NCBI RefSeq assembly: GCF_018350175.1
Contig: NC_058382.1
Coordinates: forward strand, 53,694,001 to 53,758,000
Origin: Felis catus
Taxonomy: Eukaryota
Direction: 5' to 3'
Length of the DNA: 64,000 bases
A program made the translations under genes and the position numbers. How positions within the stretch are numbered: the first letter of the stretch is position 1; each line of letters opens with the position of its first letter. This document shows positions 51,570-64,000 of this stretch, piece by piece. The notes beneath the pieces were generated by a model. The model saw nothing but the letters and a program-made list of their open reading frames with translations, was not told where the DNA came from and ran no database searches.

Positions 51570-51799
51570 GATTTTTTAATGTTCATTTATTTTTGAGAGA
51601 GAGAGGGAGAGTGTGAGCGGGGTAGGGGTAGGGAGAGAGAGGGGGAGAGAGAAGGGAGAGAGAGAGAGAGAAAGAGAGGATCTACAGCAGGTTCTGTGAG
51701 GACAGCAAAGAGCTCGATGTGGGGCCTGAACTCACGAACCGTGAGATCATGACACAAGCCAAAGTCAGACACTTATTAACCGAGCCACCCAGGTGCCCC
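51570..51799 (-). mobile_element. Can-SINE
   Basis: Head ...gagccacccaggtgcccc; (GA)n; T-rich tail. Confidence 0.95.
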
Positions 51800-52659
51800 T
51801 CCAATTTTGTTTTTTTTAATTTAAGACTGGGGCAAGCTTCTGTTGTTATTAATGTACCTTCCACCTGAAAGTTTAAAAAAGAAATCTTGTCTTCTGCTTT
51901 ATTGTTTTACCTCTTATTTTAACAGTAGCATTTTCCATGGCATGGAGGACTTTCCAAAAGCCTTTCTGACACCTGCAGTAACCAGAAAGTCTAATATTCA
52001 TAAACCAAACCAAACCAAACCACAAAGTTGGACTGAAAGGGTGCTTTTAGCATTCCTTTATTATATATAATAATTTTTCTCCTCATAAATATTTTTGTAG
52101 TTTCATACCGTGTCTTTAGCTCAAACCTAGAGAGTCAAAGGTGGCAAGTCTTCCTAAGGCCAACTTGCGATCAGAAATCTCTTGAGTTTCTGCCTTGAGA
52201 CGGGAGCCCGGGTGTTAGTCCTTCTCTTCCTTCACCATCCCTGAACACTCGTATTTTTAAGAAAGAGCTTTGCTAACTTCACAGGGGTAAAAGTTTTATT
52301 CCTTCGCTAGATAAATGTGTTTCCTTTATTGGGCTGCCTTTTAATTTGACTCTGCATTTATTTTTTACACAGCTCTTAAGAAGGAGTTATTGCTTTTTCA
52401 TAGCCCCAGTCTGGGGGGTGCTAATTAATCTCTATCTCTCTACCTACAGCTTTTCTCTTATTTCAAAAAGTTAACTTACCCCTCGGTTTCAAGTCATAAC
52501 CACCTCAGTGACGATGGTGACAGTGAGAAGAGACCTCTGAGCAGTGGGGCCAAATTTCTGGAGATTCCAGGACGTATCTCTAGGCGGGTCTCCCACTGAC
52601 ATCCCCCTCCCCAGGCCGTGGGGGCAGATTTGGGCTTGTGTGGCCTTTGAATGCTCTTG

Positions 52660-52900
52660 ATCCGCCCTTATGTAATAAGTATGACTCACGGGACCGTATG
52701 AGTCACCCAAACCCGCGCCTGGGGCACCTCCGCCAGGCCTGTGGAGCTTCCCACCTGCCTTGATCCCTGTCTGAATAGAGACAGCATGACTCAGCGCCGG
52801 GGAAGGGTGGTTCTCCACGACCGGCTGCTGTCCCCAGCTCCAGGAAGCTTCGGGCTTGTGGCGCGGCAGCTCAGAGGAAGGCCATGCTACCCACGTCAGC
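52660..52900. promoter_or_regulatory. Candidate AP-1/ARE bZIP enhancer
   Basis: TTATGTAA 52668, TGACTCA 52682, TGAGTCA 52699, TGACTCAGC 52787 in CpG-containing unique DNA. Confidence 0.45.
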
Positions 52901-53074
52901 AGCGCCCCTCTGAGGGAGCCCCACACAGGAAGGGACAGCCCCTGGCCAGCCGGCCTCCACCACCCGGGGTACCGGTGTGGAGAGGAAACGCGGGGCACCG
53001 TGTCCGCTCAGATCTTTAGTGAGCTCTGTCTTCCCTTGCGGCCTCATGTGCAATCAGAGGGCCATGGCTGGTGA

Positions 53075-53320
53075 TAATACGCTCGTGGTTGTTGGGCACT
53101 TACCACGTGCCGGGCCAGGATTGCACAGGGCACTTCACATCTGTTGACACAGTTAACCCTCACCACAAGACCGCGAGGTAACGATTACCATCGCGCCCAT
53201 GTGACAAATATGGAAACTAAGGCCCAGCAGCGGAAAGGGATTTGCTCAAGTCCACATGCTGGGTAAGAGGCAGATCTAGAATTTGAGGCCAGTCTCCAGA
53301 GCTTTCTCTCTCAACCACTA
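53075..53320 (-). mobile_element. MIR
   Basis: gcacttaccacgtgccgggc...cccatgtgacaaatatggaaactaaggcccag. Confidence 0.75.
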
Positions 53321-53322
53321 GA

Positions 53323-53490
53323 CCAGTCTCCTTACCCTGTAACGTGCACGTGAGTTACCCCGGGGCTCTTGTTAAAACCAAGACTCTGATTCAGCAGGGT
53401 TGGGGTGGGGCCTGAGACTCTGCGTTCCCAACAAGCTTCCAGGTGAGGCAGGTACTACGGGTCCCTGGGCCATATTTTGAGTACTGAGGC
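53323..53490. mobile_element. MER5A-like hAT element
   Basis: cttgttaaaaccaagactctgattcagcagg...ggggcctgagactctgcgttcccaacaagcttccaggtga. Confidence 0.75.
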
Positions 53491-53694
53491 TCTATATTAT
53501 ATTTTCATTACGCCCTGGGTTGGTCTTCAGTCGGAAAATATTGTCTTCACTCATCCCTTCACTTGTTTATCCATTCATTGTGCATCTGTACATTCAGCCA
53601 ACACCCACTGAAGCACAGAGAATATAAAAATGGGCACGTCTCCATGGCAAACATAGAGAAAATCAGTTTGACCGAGATGAAATCCACCCCCCCA

Positions 53695-53709
53695 ACACAC
53701 ACACACATA

Positions 53710-53748
<39 letters not shown>
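53695..53748. repeat. (CA)n microsatellite
   Basis: Direct observation. Confidence 0.95.
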
Positions 53749-53753
<5 letters not shown>

Positions 53754-55056
53754 TAATTGAACATCAGGTCTAAAACAGAAGAACGTTGTTCTGTAGCATG
53801 GCACACAAAAAAAGCAGTGACTCTACCAGAGAATGAAGGAAAGTACCCCAAAGCATGGCAGGAGGAAGTCCAGGTAAGCCTGGCCAGGTGTGATGTGTTC
53901 ATGGGCTGGAGAGGACCAGGATTCTAAGGAACGTAAGCCGTTCTCTGAATTTCTAGCCCATCACGAGTAGTAGGCAGAAAGGGAGAAGAGGCTCAAAGAA
54001 TAGGCAAGGAGTGGATCTTCTCTTGGCCAGAGACCCATCCCTGTACCCCTTGGCTATATTTGTGCCTTTGTTTATCCTATCCTTTCCACTGAGGCTGTTC
54101 TCAGTGGAACGGTCCAAACAACTCATCCTAGCAGTGGTCATTGCAAATTCCAGTCCAGATTCCATACCTCCAGTCTCTCCCCAGTATTCTTGACCTTTGT
54201 GCATATGAGAAGGTACACTTCCCCACGGTAGCCCATTTAGCTCCTATTCTGTGCCAGACAACTTATTAAGACCTTTGTGTGTAACAGGTCATTTTGAATC
54301 CTCAACAACTCTGAAATACAGAATACTTATTTTGTAAATGAGGAAACTGAAGCACTGAGTACTTAAGTTCTACAAGACCATCCAGCTGCAAAGCACAAAA
54401 GCTGTATTAGAAGGCAGGCAGTTTCTTAACTGCTAACCAGTAGGGTCCCATGGCCACTAAGCCTCTCTATCACCATTATCCTGATTCGCCCTCTTGACTA
54501 GAAGACAGCTTTGCAGAATGTAAGCATCCCCTAACTGCACTGGAAGAGCCTTGCAGGCAATGCCGTAGGAAGAAGAGGTTGGGTGGCAGGGAAATATGAG
54601 TGGAGAACTAGGCTGGAGTGACAGGAGGGGCCAAAAAGGAGCAAAGATTCCCAAGTTTACTGTGACTATACTTGACGCCTTTCCAGGGAAAGGCCTAATG
54701 GACCCAACACCGGGGACTGGGGCCTTGAGAGGTACTAAGGATTTCGAAGTGGCTCATAAACAGAGACCGTCTCCGTGCTGCTACCAGGTGAGGCTGTCCA
54801 CCCGCGGCAAAGTGACAGGAAGGACCCTGAGTGCATTCCAGGCCCAGCATGCAGGTCCAGTCTCCTGGCCGTGGAAATTCCCAGAGGAGAGCCGCTCTGC
54901 TAGTAAAAGAAATCAAAGCCGTAGGGCATTTTTTCTATTTTCTGGACAGCAAAGTCCCTGTCTCCCCAACACCTAGAAGGAACCACTAAGATTATTCTGC
55001 ATATCTAAGGGGAACAAATCATATTATTGCTTCCCGAAAATAACGCACTCTACAAC

Positions 55057-55243
55057 AACATTCCTCCAAGTGTGATCCCCAAATACACAGCATCAGTGTC
55101 ACCTGGGAATTTATTAAAATGCAAATTCTGGGGCCCTACCCCAGGCCTACTGAGTCAGGAACTTGAGGGGTGAGGCCCAGCAGTATGCATTTTAACAAGG
55201 CTCCAGATGATTTTGATACAGGCTCAAGTTTGAGAACCACTGT
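55057..55243. mobile_element. MER5A-like hAT element
   Basis: cagcatcagtgtcacctgggaatttattaaaatgcaaattc...caagtttgagaaccactg. Confidence 0.85.
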
Positions 55244-55523
55244 TCCATTAATTAGGGAAGGGGCCCTGGGTCACCACTCGGAGGGAGGTTGTCACTTAGT
55301 ACCTGGTACCCTGCTGCTAGCTATTTAGACTTCCTGAGCCTCAGTTTCTACACCCTTACCAAGGAATAATACATAACAATCATCTCAGAATTCCTGGGGA
55401 TTAACCTCAGTAACCCAGGTATGGCATCTAGGATGATGCTTTATGTATGGCAGGCAGTAAAAATTAGTGCTGATTTTCATCTTATTTGTTTGTTTGTTTA
55501 TTTATTTATGAGAGGGAGAGAGG

Positions 55524-55572
<49 letters not shown>

Positions 55573-55959
55573 CCAAGGTTTTATAATATGGAGGAGGGCT
55601 TGGAGAGCGGGAGGGATGCTTATTTGTAACTTTATGTTTGCTGCAGTTTGTAAAACTTCTTGGCGGGAGGGCTCTGGGTGCCTCCAACAGCTTGTAAATT
55701 CTCCTTCAAACTCTTTGGAAATTCACTCCCTTAACAATATAATAAAGACAGTTAATTTGTAAATTATTTAAAAATAATATTAGGCAAGAAATAAAATACG
55801 AAAATGCATTAGCGTCTGTAAGGAACTCAGAACACGGCACGACTGGAGGTACAAACAGTACATGGGCCTTAATGCAATAGTCTAGAAATTCTGATTTTTA
55901 TTCTGTAGGGGTTGGGCATATTTTTTCCATGGTTGTGAATCTCTTTCCATGTCTAGTTT

Positions 55960-56283
55960 TTTTTTTATTATTATTATTGAAATATCAAAACACTCTGACA
56001 CAGAATAGTATAATGAACCACCATGTAGCCATGATCCATCTTTAACAAATATCCACACATGGCAAATCTTCTCTTCCCATTGGAACTCTTTGCTGGGTTA
56101 TTTTAAAGCAAACTTTAGGGACTCATCGTTTTCCCCAGTTTTGCTGAGAAATCGTCGACAGACAGAAGTTTAGGGCATGCAGCACAATGATTCACTTCTA
56201 CATACTGTGCCATGATTAGCACAATATCCATCCTTTCCACATAGATACAATTAAAAAAAAAGAAGTGTTTTCCTTGTGATGAA
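55960..56283 (-). mobile_element. Two adjacent L1 3'-end fragments (old L1M, and L1MA9/carnivore-type from ~56135)
   Basis: aatagtataatgaaccaccatgta; cccagttttgctgagaaat...catagatacaattaaaaaaaaagaagtgttttccttgtgatga. Confidence 0.65.
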
Positions 56284-56318
56284 TAGGTATTCGTCACAAC
56301 TGTAAATGTTTCAGGATG

Positions 56319-56448
56319 AATATATATATAATAGTATACTATTATAAATATATAAATATATATATTTATTATATATATTATATATATTTATACATAAATA
56401 TATATATTTATACATAAATATATATATTTATACATAAATATATTTATG

Positions 56449-56498
<50 letters not shown>
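56319..56498. repeat. AT-rich repeat: 20-bp unit x3, one inverted copy, and (TA)n
   Basis: tatatatttatacataaata x3 (56381-56440); exact reverse complement at 56441-56460. Confidence 0.95.
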
Positions 56499-56499
<1 letters not shown>

Positions 56500-57614
56500 C
56501 AAAACATAACTACATACTTCCAGCGTCACACTGATACTCTAGTCCAAAGCTTGAGACTCTCTTTTAGAAAACAGGCTTGGGGTGGAGGGACTAATAAATA
56601 GTAGGACATGATAAGGACCTGAGGATGGGGTCTCCTCTGAAGCAGAAATGAAGGAACGTTCCCCAAACACTCACTATGGCGAAGGGATCTTTCATTTTAC
56701 CTGGTTAGTCCTCTCACGTTTATGGCACATAATCCAGAGTAGCCCTGGGGGGGCGAGGGGGCTCTGCTCGTGGTGAGGACGGAGTAACCCACAGTAAACA
56801 AACCTCTCCCCAAGAACGACTAGAAAACCTAAATACCATTAAAGAGCTATCAAGGGAGCTAAAACAACAGGGGCCAAAATCTGAGAAAAGAAAAACTCGC
56901 TGAAGCTAGCAATCTATACCCCATGTTCCTTTGGGGCGTTTACCAATTTGTAACAATCCTGGACAGACAGAGTGAGAAGCCAAGTAGTGACAGATGCTAA
57001 GGAGCAAAAAAAAAACTGAACAGGGTTTTTGACAGTCTTATGGTGTGAGCGAGAGAGAAAGTGAAGATTAGGCTTCTAAGGTAGCCAGCACTTGAGGGGC
57101 CAGAATCTTGCAAGGGGAGGCAGAGAGGAAAAGCCTAAAGGTCTGAGCTCTGACTCTCCAGGAGGCATTCACCAATTCCTAAACTAGAGAGGCCAAGAAA
57201 TAGCAGGCAGTCAGCTAAGGAGACTCACGGAGATTTCAGGTATTTTGTGGTCCTGGGGAGATGAAATTTGGAGTTCAGTTTCCAACAGAGAGGCTGAACA
57301 GAGGTAACTTACCACCAGACTCTCGGTCAGGACTCTGAGGAAACTATACTCTCTATATAGTGCAAAGAGGAAACAGACCAGATCTTTCCCAGGCTGAATC
57401 CTAAGCTTGGAACAGCTCAGTCCTACTCTAACTGCCTACCAGAAGCTGAAGGCTCATCTAGACCTCCTACAATTTTTCATACACAATATCTATGTCTAGT
57501 GCTCGAAAAAGAAATTATGAGAGCTAACAAGAGATAGGACCAAAAAAATGAGTGGAAAAAATGAGCAAAAGTAACAGAATAAAGATGAAGTAAACACTGA
57601 AGTTGTCAGATTTC

Positions 57615-57667
57615 CAAAAAATGTTTATGTATTTTTGAGAGAGCAAGAAAGAACATGAGTGGGGTAG

Positions 57668-57710
<43 letters not shown>

Positions 57711-57836
57711 CCCAAGCAGGCTCCATGCTGTAAGCACAGAGCCCAATGCGACATTCGATCTCAGGAACTGTGAGATCATGACCTGAGTAGAAATCAAGAG
57801 TTGGACACCCAACTGACCGAGCCACCCAGGCACCCC
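57615..57836 (-). mobile_element. Can-SINE inside the L1
   Basis: Head ...gagccacccaggcacccc; TSD gaagttgtca / gaagttgcca. Confidence 0.95.
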
Positions 57837-58339
57837 GAAGTTGCCATTTTTTTAAGATCACCATGACAGATAGAAACTTTCACAGGAGAACAAAATATTT
57901 TATAAAGAATACAATGGAAATGGTAAAAGTGAAAAACACAGTTGCTGAAAGTAAGAACTCAGAAAATGAGTTTACCAACAGGTTAGACACAGAGGAAGAA
58001 GGTACCTGGAAGAAACCAGAAGTTAGCTAAAACAATCTGGGATGAAACGTGGAGATTATAAAGGATGAAAACTACATCAAGACTGTAAGAGAAATATGAG
58101 GCATGGGAAATAGGTTTAATATATGTGCAACTGGAAACCAAAAGGGAAGGGGAAGACAGGAAGATGAAGAAGGAATACAGAAGAGACAAGAGCTAGGAAT
58201 TTTCCAGAAGTGATGAAAGACTTCAAGCCATTTTATATATATTTATTATATAACCAACCAAAGGAAGATAAATATAAAGGAAATTACAGCTCTGCATATA
58301 AGAGCAAAACTATTTTAAAAATCCAAATATAAACAGACC

Positions 58340-58975
58340 TCAGCAACTAATCCAGCAGCATATTAACAGGATTATACGCCATGACCAAGTGGATTCATCC
58401 CAAGAATGCAAGGGTGTTTTCACAATAAAAATCAAATAATGTAACACGTTTTATTTATAGAATAAGGACAAAAAAAGTCCATGATGATCGCAGTTGATAC
58501 AGAAGAGGTATTTGACAAAATCAAACACCCATTCATTATAAAAATTCTCAACAACCTGACAAGTGAAATGAATTCCTTCAACCTAAGAGAGGGCACCCAT
58601 GACAAAGTCACAGCTACTGTCACACTTACCAATAAGAGAGTGAAAGCTTCCCCTCTAAGACCAGGAACAACACAAGGACATCTGTGGTCACCACTTCTAT
58701 TCAACATTGTACTGGAAATTATAACCAGGGCAGACAGACAAGAAAAGGAAAAGGAAACCAAATGAGAAAGGAAGAAGTAGAACTGTCTCTATTTGCAGGT
58801 AAGATCGTCTTATATATAGAAAATCCTGAAAAGCCACAAAGAAACTGTCAGAACAAATTGAGCAAAATGGCAAATTTAACAAAATCTATGTAAAGAATCA
58901 GTTATGCTCTTACATGCTAGCAAGAAGCAATCCAACAATGAAATTAAGAAAACAATTTCATTTACGATATCAAAA
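58340..58975 (+). mobile_element. L1 ORF2 reverse-transcriptase fragment (non-functional)
   Basis: ORF 58481-58765 (DTEEVFDKIKHPF...GTTQGHLWSPLLFNIVLE) and EEVELSLFAGKIVLYIENP match L1 RT; the catalytic FADD is mutated. Confidence 0.9.
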
Positions 58976-60250
58976 AAGATGAAGAAAAAATCTTAAAAGC
59001 TTGCAGACAAAAAGAGACATTATCTTCAGTGCAAAGGCAGTAAAATGGCCGACTTCTCAACTAAGAAGAGAGAATCTTAAAAGACTGTGGAATGACACTT
59101 GTAAAAAAAGAGCAAGAAAATAATGGCTAACCATGAATCCTTTTCCAAGCAAGAATATCTTTAAAAGATGAAGTAAAAAACAAAAGACATTTCTGGAAAA
59201 CACAAACCAAGAAAATTCACCTCCAACAGAACAACTGCCAGGAGTGTTTCAGGTTCGAGAACCACAAACCTAGATGGAGGCTCAGAGAAGCACAGAGGAG
59301 TGAAAACCAGTGAAAAGGGTGAGTACAGAGATCATTCTCAAGTAATATTAACTGTATAAAACGACAGTAATGGCTTGTGTCAATTAACATAAATGACAGC
59401 AATAACACATCATGTGTGAGGGAATAAACGGAGCTAAAGTGTCCTAACTTCTTCGTGCTTTCTGGGAATTGATAAATATACTTATTTATATTAGACTCTA
59501 ATCAGTAAATGATGTATGGCTTAATCTCTTATGTGATAACTAAAGTAAAAATAATGTGTAACTAACAAGCCTATGGGAATGGATAATTAAGAAACGTTTG
59601 ATTAATCCAAAGGAAGGGAAGAAAGAAAAAAAGAGCGTAAGCAGGTAAGAGGAATGAAAAACCAAGAGCAGAAAGGCAAATTAAAACTCGAATAGACATG
59701 TAAAGTAATTACATATCAGTAATTACATTAAATATAAATAGAAGGGATTGTCAAGCAACCAAATTAAAATATAAAAATTGTAAAAGTGGAAAAACGTTTC
59801 ATGCTATCTATAAGAGGTACATCTACAGTAGGAGGATCATCAAATATTTAAAGTAAAAGGATGAAAAATATGTTGCCATTAAATTTCTCCAATTGACCTA
59901 TAGATTCAATGCAATCCCAATCAAAATCCCAACAGAGATTATAGAGATTGACAAGCTGACTCTGTAACTTATATCGAAATGAAAAGGGCCCAAAACAGCC
60001 AGAACAATCCTAAAAAAGAAGTTGAAAAATTTACTCTATGAGACATCAAGACTAATCCTAAACATATAGCAATTAAAAACATATAGTAATTATTGATACA
60101 AGGATAGGCAAATGGATCAATGAAATGTAGCAGTCAGAAACAGATTCAAATATATATGGTCACTTAATTTATTATATGAGTATTATATTATATCAAACAA
60201 TAGCAGTGGAGTGGGACAAATTATAGTTTGTTAATAAATGACAAATGTGT

Positions 60251-60460
60251 GGGTTGCCTTAGTGGCTCAGTTGGTTAAATGGCCAAATTCAGCTTAGGTC
60301 ATGATCTCATGGTTCATGAGTTCAAGCCCCACATCAGATTCTCAGCTGTCAGCATAGAGCTCGCTTCAGATCTTCTGTCCTCCTCCCTTTCTTCCCCTCC
60401 CCCATTTGCTCCCTCTCTCTCTCCCTCTCAAAAATAAAAAATAAAAATTTATAAATAAAT
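60251..60460 (+). mobile_element. Can-SINE inside the L1
   Basis: gggttgccttagtggctcagttggtt head, (CT)n, A-rich tail. Confidence 0.9.
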
Positions 60461-62599
60461 AGCACAGGATCAATTGAGAGAGTCAAATTTTGACTCCTAC
60501 CTCACACCATATATAAATGTCAATTCCAGGTATATTGTCAACCCACACATTAAAAAAAAAAAAAACAAAAAACGGTGAGTTTCTAGAATATAATAAAAAG
60601 TATACCTTCATGATCTTAAGATAAGAAAATAGTAAACTGGACTCACATATCATTAACCTTAGAGAAAATAATTGATAAATTGGCTTTCTTTACAATAAAG
60701 AATATCTACTCATCCAAAGACATCATTAACCTAGTGAAAGGATAAGGCATGAGGTGGCATAATAGCATATAGATACATAGATGAAGTTGGAGATAGGTAG
60801 TTACATAGATGATAGATATATACCATCAAAGAGCTTTTACACAGAATATATCATGGAATTCTATAAATCAATAAAAGACTGACAACACAATAGAAAAGTG
60901 GGCAAAAGATTTGAACAGGCATCTCACAAGGATAACCAAATGGATAATATGCATATGAAAAGATGTTCAATTCCATTAGTCATCAGAGAAATGCAAACTG
61001 AAACCACAATGATATACCACTACATACCAACCAGACTGGCTAAAACAAACAAACAAAAAATGTAACGGACAGTGTCAAAGTCTGCAAAGATGTCATGCAA
61101 ATAGAACTCGCTGTACCGCTCAAGGGAAAGTTAATACAACCACTTTGGGAAACCGGCAGTGTCTCCACGAGCCAAACACCTGTCACTTCTATAAAGGAGC
61201 TATTCTGCTCCTGTTTATAAGCCCAAGAGACAGCGATGAGAGTATCAATGGGATCATTACATAAAAGCCAACCCTGGAAAAACTCTAAGAGTCTATCAAG
61301 CATAGAACAAATATATCATGGTCGATGCTTTCAAATTAATCACAGAAAATAGTGAAATCAATTTCTGCTATACTTATCAGTAGAGCTGATTTTCAAATAC
61401 TGAGCAAAAAAAAAAAAGTAAATAGGAAAAAGTACATCCTATATAATATCAGATAAGTTTTAAAAACAGGCAAACTAATCTATGATGCGAGAAATCAGGA
61501 CTGTGGTGACATTTGGGTAGGAGCGGGTGCTGGTCACTAATAGGGACATAGGAGGCTTCTAGGGAGCTAACAACTGTCTATTTTCTGATCTGAGTTATGG
61601 GCCACGTGGTTATATTCTTTTGTTTAAAAGTCTTTGAGCTGTGCATGTATGATCTGTGTACTTTCCAGGATATATGCTATACTTCAATAATACATTTTTT
61701 ATATGGCTCTGAGGTGCCAGTGATACGTATCTGGAGAACTTGCATAAAATAAAAAAGATGTGAAAAATGATTCTGGATGTGTCCACGTGTGTCTGGTGAG
61801 CTTAATGTGAATTCTAAAATTCTGCTCATCCCCTCTAAGTAGAAGGTGGTATGTGTCTGGTTCTAATGGGCTATCAAAGCTGGGAGGGTGTAACCACTCT
61901 GTGATAGGTCAGTGGCCCCATGCTCAAAGAGTGCTAGGGCCAAGACATGGTCCATCATCGTCAAGAGCCCTGGGATGTCACACATTTAGCCTTCCCTTTT
62001 GCTAAGTGACTCATAGTTTGGAGACGGAAACTCTCAGATGCAAGCTTGAGTCTGGGCCAAAGGTAATCACAGCTACAGGAAACAAATAGTTACAGGAAAT
62101 TAAATTCACTTTACCCCCCTAAGTTTCAAGTTGGTAAAAGGTATTAAAAGGGTAACCAAGGCAGACAAGGCGATGACCAGAAAGACAACAAGAGGAGAGC
62201 GGAAAGAGCCTTGCACAGAGACCTGGGGTCAAAGTCTGGCATTGTGGGGAGAGAATAATAGTGACAAGGATGGTCACAATAACAATGCAGAGAGAAGAGC
62301 TACTGTTTAGCACACCCCATCTGTGGGACAGGACTTGGCAGTAAAATATCTTAATTTTCTTACAGGATTCTCATATTACCCGCCCCGAGGTAGTGTTGTC
62401 ACACCTAGAGATGAAAAAATGGAAGCATGCTTGAGGAATGCTCATTTACATCATGGGATTCCCCTATGCCAGCTGGAGTCAGAGAAATGAAAAGAAATGA
62501 ACGTGGTTTGTAGATGTGCTATGCCTGGAGTGTGCCAACTATGGTAGAATTTCTGGGGAGACCTCAAAATGCCAGGAAGGATGCTGGTACCAAACTAGA

Positions 62600-62826
62600 G
62601 CGAAGTTTCTCAACCTCAGCACTAGCTGACTTTTGGGGCCAGATAATTCCTTGTTGCAGCGCTGGCCTGCACAGTGGAGGATGTTCGGCAGCGCCCCTGA
62701 TCTCTACCCACCAGATGCCAGTAGTACATCCACCCCTCATCCCCCAGTGGTGACAACCAAAAACGTCTCCAGACATTACCAAATATCCTCTGAAGGGCAA
62801 AATCAACCCTGGTTGGAAAGTGTTGC
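62600..62826. mobile_element. MER20 hAT element, near full length
   Basis: gtttctcaacctcagcact...ttggggccagataatt...gtgacaaccaaaaacgtctccagacatt...gggcaaaatcaaccctggttg. Confidence 0.9.
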
Positions 62827-63621
62827 TCTAGAGGAAGGGAAAAGATTGAGCCCATGAATAGAGGGAGAAGCTTGGAGGTTTCAGGGAAATTTAAGTTTCA
62901 CAAAGAATGAGAAATTATGAGTCGCATCCAGCTGTGAAGCTACATAGCGGAGATGGGCTGAGATGTTTTGAGCAGAGATATCTCTTAAGATAAGGGGCTG
63001 GGCGCTGAGGCACTTAGAAAGATGATGAGCTGTGAATGGAAATCTCTAGAGCTTCTCTCTGTGTTCTGGTTGGATGTGGGGTAGTTATAGCCTGATACTA
63101 AAAGTAGCATCTGGACTTCGTACACAAAGAACTTTGTTTTCTCCATTTCCAGAGGGACCAAGAGATCATCTCTCATCTCATCCCAGCATTCTTGGAATGA
63201 TGAATGGAGAAGGGGAAGGGAACCACTTTTAAGGAGTCCGTATTGTCTCTAGCCCAGAAACTTCATGGCTGCACATTCTGGTAATTGAGATTCATACACC
63301 AGTGGTGTCCTCACGACTGAGGAAGTTTGTTGGGTCAAGAGGCTGGGCACAAGAACAATACTGAACACGGACTCCTGGAGACAGTAGTAATGTCTAAGGC
63401 TTGGAGTGAGGGCTCATAAAGGCACACCATGGTCACTGGAAGAATCTACTAGGAGCATCTGCTTCTCCACACAAAGCGGGGAACGAGTCAAAATTGACTA
63501 GTGATATCAGTCATGGGAAAGTTAATGGAGTCGAAGCACGGAAGCACAGTGCATAGGATCTCCCAGCCTGGAATTTGATTCTTTAGACTATATTCCGGGA
63601 CAACTTTGGTTGATTACACAA

Positions 63622-63657
63622 ATGAGTGAATGAGTGAATGAATGAATGAATGAATGA
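63622..63657. repeat. (TGAA)n simple repeat
   Basis: atgagtgaatgagtgaatgaatgaatgaatgaatga. Confidence 0.85.
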
Positions 63658-64000
63658 GGAACTCGTACGTTTATTGTCATCAAAGAACCAGCTGGAATAT
63701 GCCGAACTACTATTTCTTGTATACGTACATGTAATTTCAACAGTTTATTTTTGGAACTGTGTGGGTGTATAGTAAATAAGTTAATAATCCATTCATTTGT
63801 TTCCCTTTCTACTGAGTTTAAAATGAGTGTCAGATCATGTGACAGGTCACAGGTAAATATTTATGTGGAATTCATGGCTTCCTGTCGGACAGAAGATAAA
63901 CAAGTATACAGATATGTCAGCGGATAATTAGAAAAGTCTGGGACAAGTGCTCTGAAGAAATAGAACAGGACACCGTAAGAATGGGTGATGATGATGAAGA

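Larger units (their letters stand above)
56780..61700 (+). mobile_element. Old, long, internally deleted L1 (L1ME-like): 5' region, ORF1, EN start, ORF2 C-terminus, 3' UTR
   Basis: ORF1-like 57850-59260; EN-like atatcagtaattacattaaatataaat (~59713); tatagattcaatgcaatcccaatcaaaatccca (YRFNAIPIKIP); 3' end tatacttcaataata. Confidence 0.75.

Noticed and set aside
58481..58893. RT-like ORFs as a functional gene
   Set aside because: Frameshifted L1 fragment with the catalytic FADD changed to FAGK.
3243..60460. tRNA-like A/B boxes and recurrent ORFs (MAQSVK..., GAWVAQSV...)
   Set aside because: These are Can-SINE heads, not tRNA genes or proteins.
1..64000. Assignment to a named gene locus or chromosome
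   Set aside because: No host exon is recognisable; this needs a genome alignment.

Overview
Mammalian genomic DNA, almost certainly felid (many cat-type tRNA-derived Can-SINEs). It is intergenic or deep intronic: I cannot support any intact protein-coding exon, tRNA, rRNA or CRISPR array, and nearly all ORF-track entries come from SINEs, microsatellites or chance. The window is a repeat mosaic of Can-SINEs (three young near-identical copies), MIR, L2 (a ~2 kb copy keeps the RT 'FADD' motif), old L1M fragments, MaLR/MLT LTRs, a carnivore ERV-like solo LTR and MER hAT transposons, with several repeat-free blocks that look like enhancers. The main result is at the left edge (1 to ~1054). This stretch is a degraded, frameshifted + strand sequence whose translation matches bornavirus nucleoprotein (N) motifs collinearly over most of the protein, i.e. 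an endogenous bornavirus-like N element (EBLN). The ORF track misses it. It carries apparent indels relative to BoDV-1 N that suggest a divergent bornavirus lineage. The comparison uses the BoDV-1 N sequence recalled from memory and needs a BLASTx/HMM check. Repeat family names are by-eye recognitions, not RepeatMasker output, and boundaries of old repeats are approximate.
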